The translations under genes and the position numbers were made by a program. Of a stretch of 64,000 bases of DNA, positions 41,178-52,438 are shown one piece after another. The notes beneath the pieces are model-generated. The model was not told where the DNA came from. It did not search any database and saw only the letters and a list, made by a program, of their open reading frames with translations. How positions within the stretch are numbered: position 1 is the first letter of the stretch; every line of letters begins with the position of its first letter. Origin of the DNA: Basidiobolus meristosporus CBS 931.73 (taxonomy: Eukaryota > Fungi > Basidiobolomycota); NCBI GenBank assembly GCA_002104905.1, contig MCFE01000260.1, forward strand, positions 46,589-110,588. Reading direction: 5' to 3'.

Positions 41178-41909
41178 TGTCCATCTCACCACTACACTAT
41201 TCCCAATGCCTGTTTCAGTTGTTTTCTGTGAAACCTAGTATGTATTTGTTCCTAGAAAGTCATTCCTAATATTATCAACCCCGTACTCTATCGCCCCTGA
41301 AATGCAATGCTATTTCAGCCGACGACTTGAAAATCGCCACCGAGTTTTTTGCCGAATGAGGGAAAGGTGGAAATACGTTGTATTTTATCCCAGGAGTTAC
41401 TCTTCAGCTGCACTCTCAGCCACTAGTCTTGAGTTTGGCGAATGAACCGGGCTGTAAATGGATAAAAATATCTTTCAAGCATCCGTAGATACATGCAATC
41501 GAGATATGTGTAAAAATACAAGCTATTTACTGGCTTCCGTGGTGGTTGGTGGGTTGGTTAGCATGGAAATTCCGTACAATGGCAATGGTGAAGCCAAATA
41601 GCACTTCATTGTAAGATAATCGAGTACAACCACTGGGCGCTCTCTTGACTGGCTGTTTTCATCAATTAGCGCCCAGCGACCTATCTTTACTTTGGGATCT
41701 GTCAGTTCGGGTCTAAGTAAATGACCATACGGGGCTTTTACTAGATGAAGGTGGTATTATTAACATCCATGCCAATATAAATACGCAGCCTGAAGCCCCT
41801 CTCCAATCGTAATTATATCTTATGCTGGGTGTTGGCTTTCTGTCTCCAGATATATAAGCACATTTGGCATTCGCCGGAAAAGTCGCGTCGACAAACTAAT
41901 CAGAGTATA

Positions 41910-42740
41910 ATGCAATACACACTTCTTTACTGGCTAACACTATACTTGGCCGGAGCTCAGGCTCAGCTTTACCCGAAGTACACCTACATCATGAACAATT
42001 TCCAACCAGCATACCTCACCAATTTGTCTGCCAGCCACTTTTGGGGCCAGGGTAACTGCCGGTTTGTAGAGAGTGCTTCTTCCACCGGAGTTAACACCCT
42101 CATGCAGGCAATCTATCCTAAGGGTAGCCGCAACCCACACGGCCCCATTGTTGGTGGGTGTGGATTTGATTTGACTCCAACGAACACTGTCATCACTCCA
42201 AACAATATTGTCGTGTTCCAATACCAAGTGTATTTTCCACCAGACTTCGATTTCGCGAGGGGTGGTAAGCTTCCTGGTATCTACGGAGGTGGTATCAGTT
42301 GTACCGGTGGAACGCCGGCATTGAATTGCTTTAGTGTGCGAATAATGTGGAGAAGAAATGGCTTTGGTGAAGCATACGTATATCTACCCCGAAGCGCTCA
42401 GGTCCCCGGCTTCTGTACGACGCCACCTGTTACGGTTTGCAATCCAATCTATGGAGCATCCATCGGTCGGGGTAGCTTCCAGTTCCTACGTAACCAATGG
42501 AACACCATCAGAATTATGTTGAAAGTCAATTCCTCACCAGGCGCGCAAGACGGATGGTTGCAAGTGGATTGGAATGAGCAGCACACAGTCAACATGGATA
42601 ACTTGGCTTGGAGGATAATGGATAATGTAACCACCAGTGGGGTAGAGTTCTCTACGTTTTACGGAGGCTCATCCCCACCATTTGATGCCCCAGCTACCAC
42701 CTTCACGCTGTTCAAAAGCGCAAGAATGGATATTTTTTAA
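41910..42740 (+). CDS. Secreted polysaccharide lyase family 14 (alginate-lyase-like), intronless
   Basis: Signal peptide MQYTLLYWLTLYLAGAQA; YPKGS, FDFARGGKLPG, FSVRIMWR, GEAYVY, YGASIGRGSF, FSTFYGG. Confidence 0.85.
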   Translation: MQYTLLYWLTLYLAGAQAQLYPKYTYIMNNFQPAYLTNLSASHFWGQGNCRFVESASSTGVNTLMQAIYPKGSRNPHGPIVGGCGFDLTPTNTVITPNNIVVFQYQVYFPPDFDFARGGKLPGIYGGGISCTGGTPALNCFSVRIMWRRNGFGEAYVYLPRSAQVPGFCTTPPVTVCNPIYGASIGRGSFQFLRNQWNTIRIMLKVNSSPGAQDGWLQVDWNEQHTVNMDNLAWRIMDNVTTSGVEFSTFYGGSSPPFDAPATTFTLFKSARMDIF

Positions 42741-43028
42741 TCTCGGACAGTATCCATAAGACAGCTCCATCAGAATACAGCCTCAATAAAGCTCCAGAAT
42801 CCATCTACAACTAAACCTAGCGCACGCGAAGAGGACGGGGCTGAAGAAGTGCATTGTTATCCTTGCAATACTCGAAGCTCAACAGTAAAATAGATCCTAT
42901 CGCTATCTAGAACGCAGAATAGCTATGTGTATACAATATGGTGTGTTTATCAATGATTCACATGGTTACAAATCACAATCTAAAACGCAGGCCCGGCAGA
43001 CCAATACATAGCAGCGCCGACAAATGCT

Positions 43029-43996
43029 CTAGCTACGGTAGGTGACCTTGTTCAACAGATAGAGATGATCCACATACCCAAGATCAACGATGCTGATTAT
43101 GGGCGAGGACCGAGAGATTAGTACTAGCCACCAACCGTGGATGCCGTCGATAACTTACCCTGTGAACAGTGTTTTGAAGCTGTTGATTTCTTCCACAGTT
43201 TTAGCAACTGCTTCTTGAATAATGGAGATGGAGGATACCTCCACCAGCCAAGTATTGGTGGGGTCTAGAAGGCTCAAGGTCGAAATGTCATGCGGCGATT
43301 CGAACTAAGAATAGTGGGCATTAGTGTAAATCGGGATGAAAGCCTGTTGGGGGTACTTTACCTTGAAAATCTGAGTAACTGTGACGCGAAACATATCTTT
43401 ATATACAAAGGCGTATCCTTTTCGTACGTATTCAAATCCGAAGCTGGTGGGAATTTAGCCGTGAGTCGTGTTTTCGAAGGGAAATTCAGGGCTTCATACA
43501 TACGTATAACCAAGATTACTCATGTACTTGAAAGCATCGCCTTTCATGTTGACGTAAATCATGGGTCGCACTGTAACATTCCTTCCTGTTCGAGGCTCTG
43601 GATGTCCGTACAGGCAAAGTTGCCTTCCTCATACATGGTGATTTGTCAGCGCAAATTCTAGATGCCGAAGAATGCCGAAATGTATGGATTACCAGTTCCT
43701 TTTGAGAAGATCTGCATTTTCTGGAATACTCGAACGAAGCTTCAACATGACATCCTCGTTTCGAGCCGGTCCGATTGGGGTTTCCACTGTGGTGAAGGTT
43801 ACTCAGAGGGTGATCGAGGATCTCACTTTCATTCAAAACACTCACCAGTAGGTGTGAAACCAATTTCGTGTTCGTATATTTCAGATTGAAATTCTTCACC
43901 CCCAGTCAAACCCATCAATCGCTCTATTAATTTGGGTTTAAGTTTGTCAGGTATCTGTCCGTGAAGACTGCATTCATAGCTGGCAGATGAAGACAT
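43029..43996 (-). CDS. MED18: Mediator subunit Med18/Srb5, multi-exon
   Basis: Spliced translation MSSSASYECSLHG...RLMGLTG...HEIGF...WQLCLYGHPEP...EYVRKGY.F...WLVEV...VDLGYVDH. Confidence 0.85.
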
Positions 43997-44872
43997 GAAA
44001 ACAATGGGTAGAAAGACTCAAGAGCACATAGTCAACCACCAACCCAATAACTCAACGATTTTAAATACGAATCCGCTCAGAAATCGATGAATTTATAAAA
44101 ATAAAAAGCAGATTAACTACGAAAGCACAATGTAGCCAAACTAACAATTACATGTTTGTATTTCATTCTTCTGGATCAACTGAAGCAGCCTTCATGGTTG
44201 ACGAGTGATGTGGTAGTTTGTTAAACAGATGCTGTATCGTAAAACCATATGGTCACCAAAATATTCCCCTCACTTCAAGGCACAGTTGTCAGAAATTACG
44301 TTGAGCTGAGGACTTACGGCTAGAGCTCAAGCCATAGATTAGAAATGGCATTTGTTATATCTTGATGCATTCGCAACATCAACCTCTGTACTGGATTAAG
44401 ACTGAGTGCCCATCTCCAGGCAATTTTTGAAGCTTATCCCACAGCAAAGCCACACCCACCAGTACTCTGCCGCCATGTCAGGCCTACGATATCTTGAAAG
44501 GATCTTTCAACACATTTTAGTATGATTATGGACCTTTCTGGGTGAAACAAACATCTCTGCTGCCTTCGAGTCAAGTACCCGTCTCAATCTATATCTACCC
44601 GTACATCTGTAACTGTTTGATAACATTACGAAGGTAAACTGCACTAGCACGGCAGAAAAACCTAGTCGATAGGTGTATAATTGAAGCTTCACACATTTTG
44701 TTCTGCTTGAGGGACAAACTACCCATTTTGTTCACGCCTCAAGATTAGTCTGCTAACCGCTAAATTCAGGCTAACAATAGATGAATAATACACTTTGGGC
44801 GTACGTGACGGAGTCTCGATACTAATGGATGTATTGTAAATTTAGTGGGCACTCACTTCTCATTTAGCTCAA

Positions 44873-45321
44873 TTAGATCTTGATGTCAGGGACAAAGTCG
44901 ATATCAACCACTTCTAATGAACGCTTCAAGGATTTTAAATCCTCTCGAATATCTACCAGTGTTTGACGGGTCTCCTAAAGATACCAATAATTTCGATAAA
45001 CATACGTAAACTAGAAGAACGTGTGATCACTTAAACCAGCTCAATATATGGGCTTGGTACCAGGGAAAGATGACAATTCGACTGACCTGTATATACTTCT
45101 GGGTGTTATTTGTGCTTCCTGTAAGTTGATTAATAGAGCATTCAACGTGCTGCACTTGACCATTTACTTGAGTACGGATACTCTTCACAAGATTATCATT
45201 CGCAGTTCCTTCGATAGAAATGAAATTAGTAGACTCTTCGTGGGGGATCGCGTCAACGCTGATTTCAAATCGACGAAAGGGCCAGCATTTTCATAATAAA
45301 CTTACTCAATTCGTGTTGCAT
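44873..45321 (-). CDS. Putative ~88-aa coiled-coil protein resembling BLOC-1 subunit 3; exons 45321-45306, 45235-45087, 44974-44873
   Basis: Open 149-nt exon ending at CAG|GTCAGT splices in frame to TTTAG|ETRQTLVDIREDLKSLKRSLEVVDIDFVPDIKI*. The first acceptor is weak (AAG). Confidence 0.5.
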
Positions 45322-45755
45322 TTTGTTACCTGTCTCAAATATACAGTATGTCAAAACAGTACAATGAACTGAGAACATACACTAACTGAATTCGAATCGC
45401 TTCCATCCAGTATGATTACCAAGTAATTGATTGAAATCTGAAGTCAGCAAGCCCCTTCACCACACCGAATCTTACCAGTAATATCACACATCTTGATAAT
45501 CAGTATGGACCATGTACTCTGATCTACTAGTAGACAGAATCTAGCCTAATGATCCCATATTACCAAAGGACCAATTCACCTGCCTAGAATGGGATTGAGC
45601 TATAGCCACCCACGTGATTTCATCATTTGGCATTATGTAATTTTGTTCGTCACAGTATTATCAGAATCATCTGATATACAATCCTCCGATTCCCGCTATA
45701 TGATCAGAAGTTTTCTACTCTGCAACAGGAAGTCTGCTAGCAGAGTAACCTCAAA

Positions 45756-47100
45756 ATGGCGAGTCAAAATGTTGCCGTGCTAAAGGAGACTTTGAGTCAC
45801 TTTCGTGCACCTATTAGATATGCCTTTGGGTACGGAAGCGGGGTATTCCAGCAAGCTGGCTATTCAGCCAAGGTATATCTATAGTGAACTTTATGTATGA
45901 TCCGACTCTTAGCTAAACCCACACCAGTCCAAACCCCAGACCGACTTCATTTTTGCAGTAACCCATCCTCAGCATTGGCACTCGCTCAACTTGCAACAAA
46001 ACCGTAGCCATTATTCATTTTTGGGGACTTACGGTTCAGGGCTTGTGGCAAATATCCAAGAGAAGATTGGAGCAGGGCTTTATTTTAACCCCTACATAAA
46101 CATTGGCGGAATGGTTGGTGCATTTCTGTGGTTTCTTTATGGATTGGCACTGACTTTACCGAAGACAGTAAAATATGGGGTGGTTTCAATTGATACCTTA
46201 TGCAGAGACCTCTTGAAATGGGACACACTTTATCTTGCAGGCCGCATGCACAAACCGGTAAGCGATAGTCACAACAGCACAGCTCTACGCTATTATCCGT
46301 ACTGAGCACTTGCCTCAATCATTAGATCCAAGTCTTGAAAGACGATAGCCGTATCCGGGCGGCTAGCCAAGTCAACACCGCCAATGCGGTAAGGGTAGCT
46401 TTGTTGATGCTGCCTAAAGAGTTTACCGAAGAGGAGCTCTACATGAAAATCGCCGGGATTTCCTATATGGGTTCGTAGCATCCATTCACTGTCCTGAGAC
46501 CGACGCTAACTGCTTGCACTCCAGGTGACTTCCGCATGACTGTAGGGGAGAATCCTCGCAAGATCCACAACATTGTTCAGAAACAAATGGAAGAATTCCA
46601 CAACAAGTACCATGACTATATTGAGGGTTTATCGAATACGGCATTTGTTCGAGATGGCGTGATCCAGGTAAGGCACTGTTTGTCTGCTGTCTACACATCA
46701 ATGGGGTAACACTATGTAAATAGCAAGATGACAACCCCAAGATCCTCGCCTCGATGATTCAAAAATTGCCAGAATCATTTCTTGACAAGGTGATGGTGCA
46801 GTTTGATAGAGACGGGCAACCCAAGAGCACCGACTTGTCGGACGAGATGGAGAAGTACCAACTGCTCTCCCAGTCACCCAATCTTTCGAAATACATCGCA
46901 ACGAGTAAGTCACATGCGTCTGATCCTTTGGAGGACTTAGGAATGCCTTCTAACCACAGCCGCCACCTCCCAACATAGGTGTTAGTCAAACGGTCAAAAA
47001 GCCCGCCATGATGCAATCGCTTAAGGGTATCTTCACGGCTGGCCCCTTAAAGAGCATCAAATACGCAGGTGAAAAGTTGAAAAAATCTCGGGTGAAATAG
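45756..47100 (+). CDS. TAM41: Mitochondrial phosphatidate cytidylyltransferase Tam41/Mmp37, multi-exon
   Basis: IRYAFGYGSGVFQQ, DFIFAV, YFNPY, KYGVVS, WDTLYLAGRMHKPV, GDFRMTVGENPRKIHNIV. Confidence 0.95.
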
Positions 47101-47352
47101 CTCGCCTTTTCAGTTGACTACCAGCAAGACACCGCTTTTGCCATATAGAATGGCTTGTTTATGCTACATCGAAGCCTCGTACGCTACCAACCAAATCACC
47201 AGCCTGATTAATAAAGTTCGAGGAAGTCATGTTTACTGAAACCCCTCAACCAATCACTATTGTTAAGAAGCCCATGATTCGTCGGATTAAAATTAATTAA
47301 TCGGAGAACAAGTGAGGCCTTCGTTCCTCTTCGGATCGTTTGTCGTAGCAAG

Positions 47353-47857
47353 ATGGTGAGTTGAATCTATCGATCGAGCTGCCATCCATTTGCTTTCGAA
47401 TGCACCACGTAGTTGTGGCTATCCAAAGAGCAATGGTCTACCTATCGAGCTGATGCTAATCCTTCATTCAGGTCAATATTCCCAAAACCAGGAACACCTA
47501 CTGCAAGGGCAAAGCCTGTAGAAAGCACACCCCACACAAGGTCACCCAGTACAAGACCGGAAAGGCCTCCCTCTTCGCCCAAGGAAAGCGTCGTTACGAT
47601 CGTAAGCAGTCCGGTTATGGTGGTCAAACCAAGCCTGTCTTCCACAAGAAGGCCAAGACCACCAAGAAGGTCGTCCTTCGTTTGGAGTGCACTGCTTGTA
47701 AATACAAGATGCAACTCTCATTGAAACGTTGCAAGCACTTTGAGCTTGGTGGTGACAAGAAGACCAAGGTCAGATCGCCTTTCTACCAGTTACTCGACCT
47801 AACTACTAACATGGAATCCTTTACGCTTGTCTACAGGGCGCCGCACTTGTTTTCTAA
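47353..47857 (+). CDS. RPL42: 60S ribosomal protein eL42 (L36a/L44); 3 exons (ATG | 47472-47768 | 47837-47857)
   Basis: [29 protein letters not shown]...[19 protein letters not shown]...[13 protein letters not shown]. Confidence 0.97.
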
Positions 47858-48123
47858 GCCAATCTTACCTTTCAACTTGTGTGAAGATAATAAAACACTT
47901 GGCATATGGTTCCAAAATAGAAATCCAATTCAATCCAACCTGTCCTACCCTGATATGTATAAGCAATATGGTATTGTATGTAATGGGTTGGTTTATCAAG
48001 AATATAACACACTGGTGGTAAATTACTCTCATTAGAAATGCGAGAAGCTATAATAAAAGTAACAAGAAAACTCTATCCTAAATTAGCGAGCAGATAAAAG
48101 ACACGGAAATCGAATGCAAGTAA

Positions 48124-49451
48124 TCATATCTCCTGATTGCTGATGGTTTCGATGAGGGATTTCATTAATTCTAGCTGGGTGCCAAATACGCTTTGCATTT
48201 CCAGCTCCCTAGCCCTGGCACGCTCTTCTCGTCTTTGTATTCTCTCGGCGCGCTCTTTTAGCTTGGCTTCATGCTTTTGCTGGCGAATCTGTAGTTGCTC
48301 TTCACGTTCTTTGCTGCGCTTTTCGTCCCGCTGAATCAGATAGGTGACCAGTTCGCAGAGTTGATCGACCATTTTGCGTTTCTTGGGAGTGTGAGAGATA
48401 GCAGACTCATGCTCATGTTCATCCTCATCTATCATAGAGTCGTCGCCTAGCGTAAGAGCACCATTGCTGCCACGCATCATGTTGAATGGGTTGGGCGACG
48501 AGGATTTGGAATCCTTTTGCTCGGGAGTTCCGATGTGAGTAAAATTGCCAGACACAAGACGTTTCAAGTCTTTGTAATAATCAAAGCTCTCCACGGCCTC
48601 GGGATCCTCCACATCATCTATCAGACAAGCCTATGACAGTAGAATGGTTTAGGAAGAGGAATAAAATACCACGGTTAACTATCAACTACCTTGTATTTGG
48701 CCATCAACACACGCACACGGCTCTTACACTGAGCAGCGTTGCGATCGAAACCGGCCGCACGGAGTTCTTCAGCAATGCGATCCCACACTGTAGAATTTCT
48801 TTTGTATTTCTTCAGCTCGTTGTAATACTTCTCCCATAGCTTCAATAGAAGCTTGGTCTCGGAATGCTGCCAATTCTCCGAACGCTCGCGTTTGGAGGAA
48901 ACCGAGAGCTCTCTCTCTTTGACGGATTTCACCATATAAGACGGGGTGGAGGCCTCACGAGTTGGGCTGTTCTCCTCAACGGTCGAAACTGGGGTCAGGG
49001 AGTAGTCCATCTTTTGGACCGATTCGTGGTGTGGAGTACTTTGGATCACCTCGCTCATTTCCTGCTGAGGAAGAGACTGGCTTTGCAGGGCTTGCATTTC
49101 GCGTAGCTGTTGCGCGTCTTCTTCCAAGCTTACCAAGCTCTGGGCGTTGAGAGCTTGCGTTACCTGAGCTTGTACGGATTCAACCTCCTGAACAATGGCA
49201 TGGCTTTCGACAATGTCCTGCACCGCTTCATTGGCGAACTCTTCGACCTGCTTGACGGACTCAACATCAGCCTCGGCCAATGTAATCTCGCCGTGGGGAA
49301 ATATGGGTGCAACAGCCAGATCTGCAAAGGATTCAGCAGTTATGGGGGCAACAGCGGTCTGTAAAGTTTCGAGTGGGTGAGGCTGTGTGTGGGTAGAGAG
49401 AGAAGTGGTGGGTTCTACAGCAGTCGAAATACCGTTGTTCAGTGTGGACAT
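48124..49451 (-). CDS. Trihelix Myb/SANT-like DNA-binding protein with a C-terminal coiled coil; 2 exons
   Basis: WQHSETKLLLKLW...NSTVWDRIAEEL...RNAAQCKSRVRVLMAKYK|ACLIDD...FDYYKDL; E/R/K-rich tail. Confidence 0.85.
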
Positions 49452-50295
49452 GTTTATTTTGAAAGCTTTCTTGGATAACTTTGTGCTAAAAGTGCGGAGA
49501 TTTGAGAATAGCTTAAACCCTCAGGAACACGCCTCGTGTATTTCAAGGAGGACCTCTGTACCCATCGATGGATCCAGCACTGCCAATCAACTACCACGTT
49601 AACCAACCGACAAGAAAAAAAAAAGGATTCCCGCATAAAATGCATATTTCAGCCATATAGTTGATGTTTTTTTGCCATTTTAACCGAGATGGTAACTTGG
49701 GAGACACTTGATATTCCTGATTTAGGCAGCCAAAGGTAATTCTTGCAAAATCAGTATATATATGTTTACTAGTTTTATGGATTCTTCTGAGCTTGTTGCA
49801 TAAAAATATCCTTTCCCCAAATATTGGCCCAATGGATCTGACCCGGCCACCCCTGCAATGCGCGGGATGGCTGTCTTGTCGCTGGCCTCGTAAGGGGGTT
49901 GTCCGACATTGATCTTCTCGAAGAATCGGGTCTTTCGCTTGAATGCGCATTTCTATTCTGGGAAGGGGGTTAGTTGGTGAGCGATGCTGCGTAGCAAATG
50001 GACCAGACCAGTGCCGCTTCTCCCAGCCTGACATGTGATCCCCTTGCCCATCATGTTGGCCTCAGCCGGCAACACAGGCCCTGACCATTTCAGTGGGAAA
50101 TCATTCGCCCTGCCGGCCAGATACACAAGAAGTTAAACAGAATGTGTGTGTGGTTAGCCAGTCTGTGGTTTCTCGGGCCATCTCTCCAATCAGCCGTCGT
50201 TGATTCTTTTTTTCTGATTCTTTTTTTCCCGCGACGTATATCAATCTCCCAGGCAGCTAGACGGCTCTCTTGCCCCGTTTCAACTAACTCGAGAA

Positions 50296-50676
50296 ATGTC
50301 CGCTCCTAACCCTAAGGCTTTCCCCTTGGCTGATGCCACCTTGAGCAACACCATTATGGACCTTGTCCAACAAGCGTCTCATTACAAGCAATTGAAGAAG
50401 GGTGCCAACGAAGCCACCAAGACCTTGAACCGTGGTATCTCCGAGTTCATTGTCATGGCCGCCGATACCGAGCCTATTGAAATCCTTCTTCACCTTCCTC
50501 TGCTTTGTGAAGATAAGAATGTCCCATATGTCTTCGTTCCCTCCAAGGTTGCTCTCGGACGTGCTTGTGGCGTTTCCAGACCAGTTGTTGCTGCTTCGGT
50601 GACCACCAACGAAGGTTCCGATTTGAAGCCCCAGATCCAAACCCTCAAGCTTCAAATCGAGAAACTCCTTATCTAA
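50296..50676 (+). CDS. SNU13: Snu13/15.5K (L7Ae family) U4/U6 and box C/D snoRNP protein
   Basis: [51 protein letters not shown]. Confidence 0.98.
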   Translation: MSAPNPKAFPLADATLSNTIMDLVQQASHYKQLKKGANEATKTLNRGISEFIVMAADTEPIEILLHLPLLCEDKNVPYVFVPSKVALGRACGVSRPVVAASVTTNEGSDLKPQIQTLKLQIEKLLI

Positions 50677-51148
50677 GTATCGGAGATATTTCATAGAGCA
50701 TACGTACCGCCGAATCAAATTTCTTACCACGATGAAGGTGAGGTGGTTCAACGATGCACTGCAATTCACACGTGAAGTTCACTTTTCTTCCCTTGGTTTT
50801 CTTCGGTCGTAAAGTCTTTATCGGTGCACAGTTGCCAGTGTATAGAATAAAGGAATATTTGCATTCCAACTCACCCGCTCCAAAGTATTCGATACCATTT
50901 CACTCGGTTGATACAATCCACTATAATGATGCAGCTCATATTAATGTTGACCATGCACTCGATTACGAAAGGCGCGTTTAATACATGTTCTTTTCAGAAC
51001 TCGTAGATGTTCAAAATATTTGGGAGGTGTAGCTGGATTCCAAGCCAGGCTAGATCAGTATTCCGCATAGACTGATAGTTATAAAGCGATGAACTAATAG
51101 GTAGGTACGGCAGATAAGATTAAAGAAACATACATTGCTACTAGAGAC

Positions 51149-52438
51149 TCAGTGATAACTGGAGTCAATTTCCGAGCTATAGTATGCTAATAGCTCTTCA
51201 CCAACCTCAATATCACATGTCGACATACATATGATTTGATTCATTGTGTACCCCTCTAGGAAAGCGACATTTCCGTGGTGTGCGTCCTCGTTCATAAAAT
51301 GATACGGACACCAGATATGTCCGTCTGGATTGGAGAATGGCATACCCTTGTCATCGGTGGCATCTAATACAGTGCGGCGATACATCATTGAATAATGCGA
51401 CGCGAGCCCAACTCCATCCTTCAAAGAATCAAATTCATCCTCAGTCATAGGTACGCCAAAGTAAAACCCCAGCGGCGTCCAAGCAGGAATGAAGCGTACT
51501 GCTCGCAAACCTGAAGCAGTATTAGAATCCGTAGAATCCTTGAGCACCACTATCTCCTCTAGTTTGGTGGGGCAGTCAGGTTCATCTTGGGAAACCATAG
51601 ATAAGCTTTCATATGGAAGCACCGCTGGGTCCCTGGATATATTTTCTGAGTTGAACGGGGCTGCTTCGTTTTTAACGTCATTAACACTGGCGGAAGTGAG
51701 TGTAGTTTTTTTCGACAACTTGCCCCCAAGTTCAGAACTCATCAAGTGATTGCCGATCTTTGAAGTGGACTTGTGTTGGCTCTTCTCTTTTGAACTCTCG
51801 CGTTTCTTACCGAAACAAAGTGGCCAATCATACTTTATCAGCTTGTCCATCCATTTGTTATACTCAACTCGAGCACTTTCGAAGTTTCCGGGCTCGTAGG
51901 CCAGCCTGAAATGGGTTGATTTCGCACCTTCAGGCTTGAAGGGAATAAAATATTTATCCCCGTTGGTAGTCAAACACGCACTTGCGCTGTTCATAGGAGT
52001 CTGGAAAGGGTTATTTTCAGTGGGAACCAAATCGCTACACTGATCACTACTTACTTTTCCGGTAAAAACCCTTGGCAAGTTACGCTCCTCAGAGATGCTT
52101 TTGTCTAAAGCGACTGCAGCTTTGATTAGTTCTGTTCTCGATGCTTCTCGTTTTGGGTGTTGACGCAAGGCTAGGAACATTATGTACATTTGGGTATGCC
52201 AACGTGGTTTATTCCATTTCTTGCGTTTACCGCAGCCACCTGAGCGAGCTCCACATCGCTTAAGCGTGTTCGTAGACATATCGTTTTTGTGGACCTGATT
52301 GACGCTGATAACATCTCCCTTAGATTCCTGGTTGGAGCTTTTCAACCCGTACTCTTCGGGAATACCCTCCGCGGAGGAGAGTGTTGAATGAAGCATTTTC
52401 GACTTACAAAGGGGTTGAAAGGAAGTACACGTGGTCAT
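51149..52438 (-). CDS. Winged-HTH (HARE-HTH/Gds1-like) plus C-terminal SET-domain protein; one 54-nt in-frame intron (~52006-52059)
   Basis: VFTGK|TPMNSASACLTTN after removing GTAAGT...TTCCAG. SET motifs GLRAVRFIP...LGFYFG, HFMNE, DIEVGEELLAYY. Confidence 0.8.
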   Translation of the reverse strand: MTTCTSFQPLCKSKMLHSTLSSAEGIPEEYGLKSSNQESKGDVISVNQVHKNDMSTNTLKRCGARSGGCGKRKKWNKPRWHTQMYIMFLALRQHPKREASRTELIKAAVALDKSISEERNLPRVFTGKVSSDQCSDLVPTENNPFQTPMNSASACLTTNGDKYFIPFKPEGAKSTHFRLAYEPGNFESARVEYNKWMDKLIKYDWPLCFGKKRESSKEKSQHKSTSKIGNHLMSSELGGKLSKKTTLTSASVNDVKNEAAPFNSENISRDPAVLPYESLSMVSQDEPDCPTKLEEIVVLKDSTDSNTASGLRAVRFIPAWTPLGFYFGVPMTEDEFDSLKDGVGLASHYSMMYRRTVLDATDDKGMPFSNPDGHIWCPYHFMNEDAHHGNVAFLEGYTMNQIICMSTCDIEVGEELLAYYSSEIDSSYH

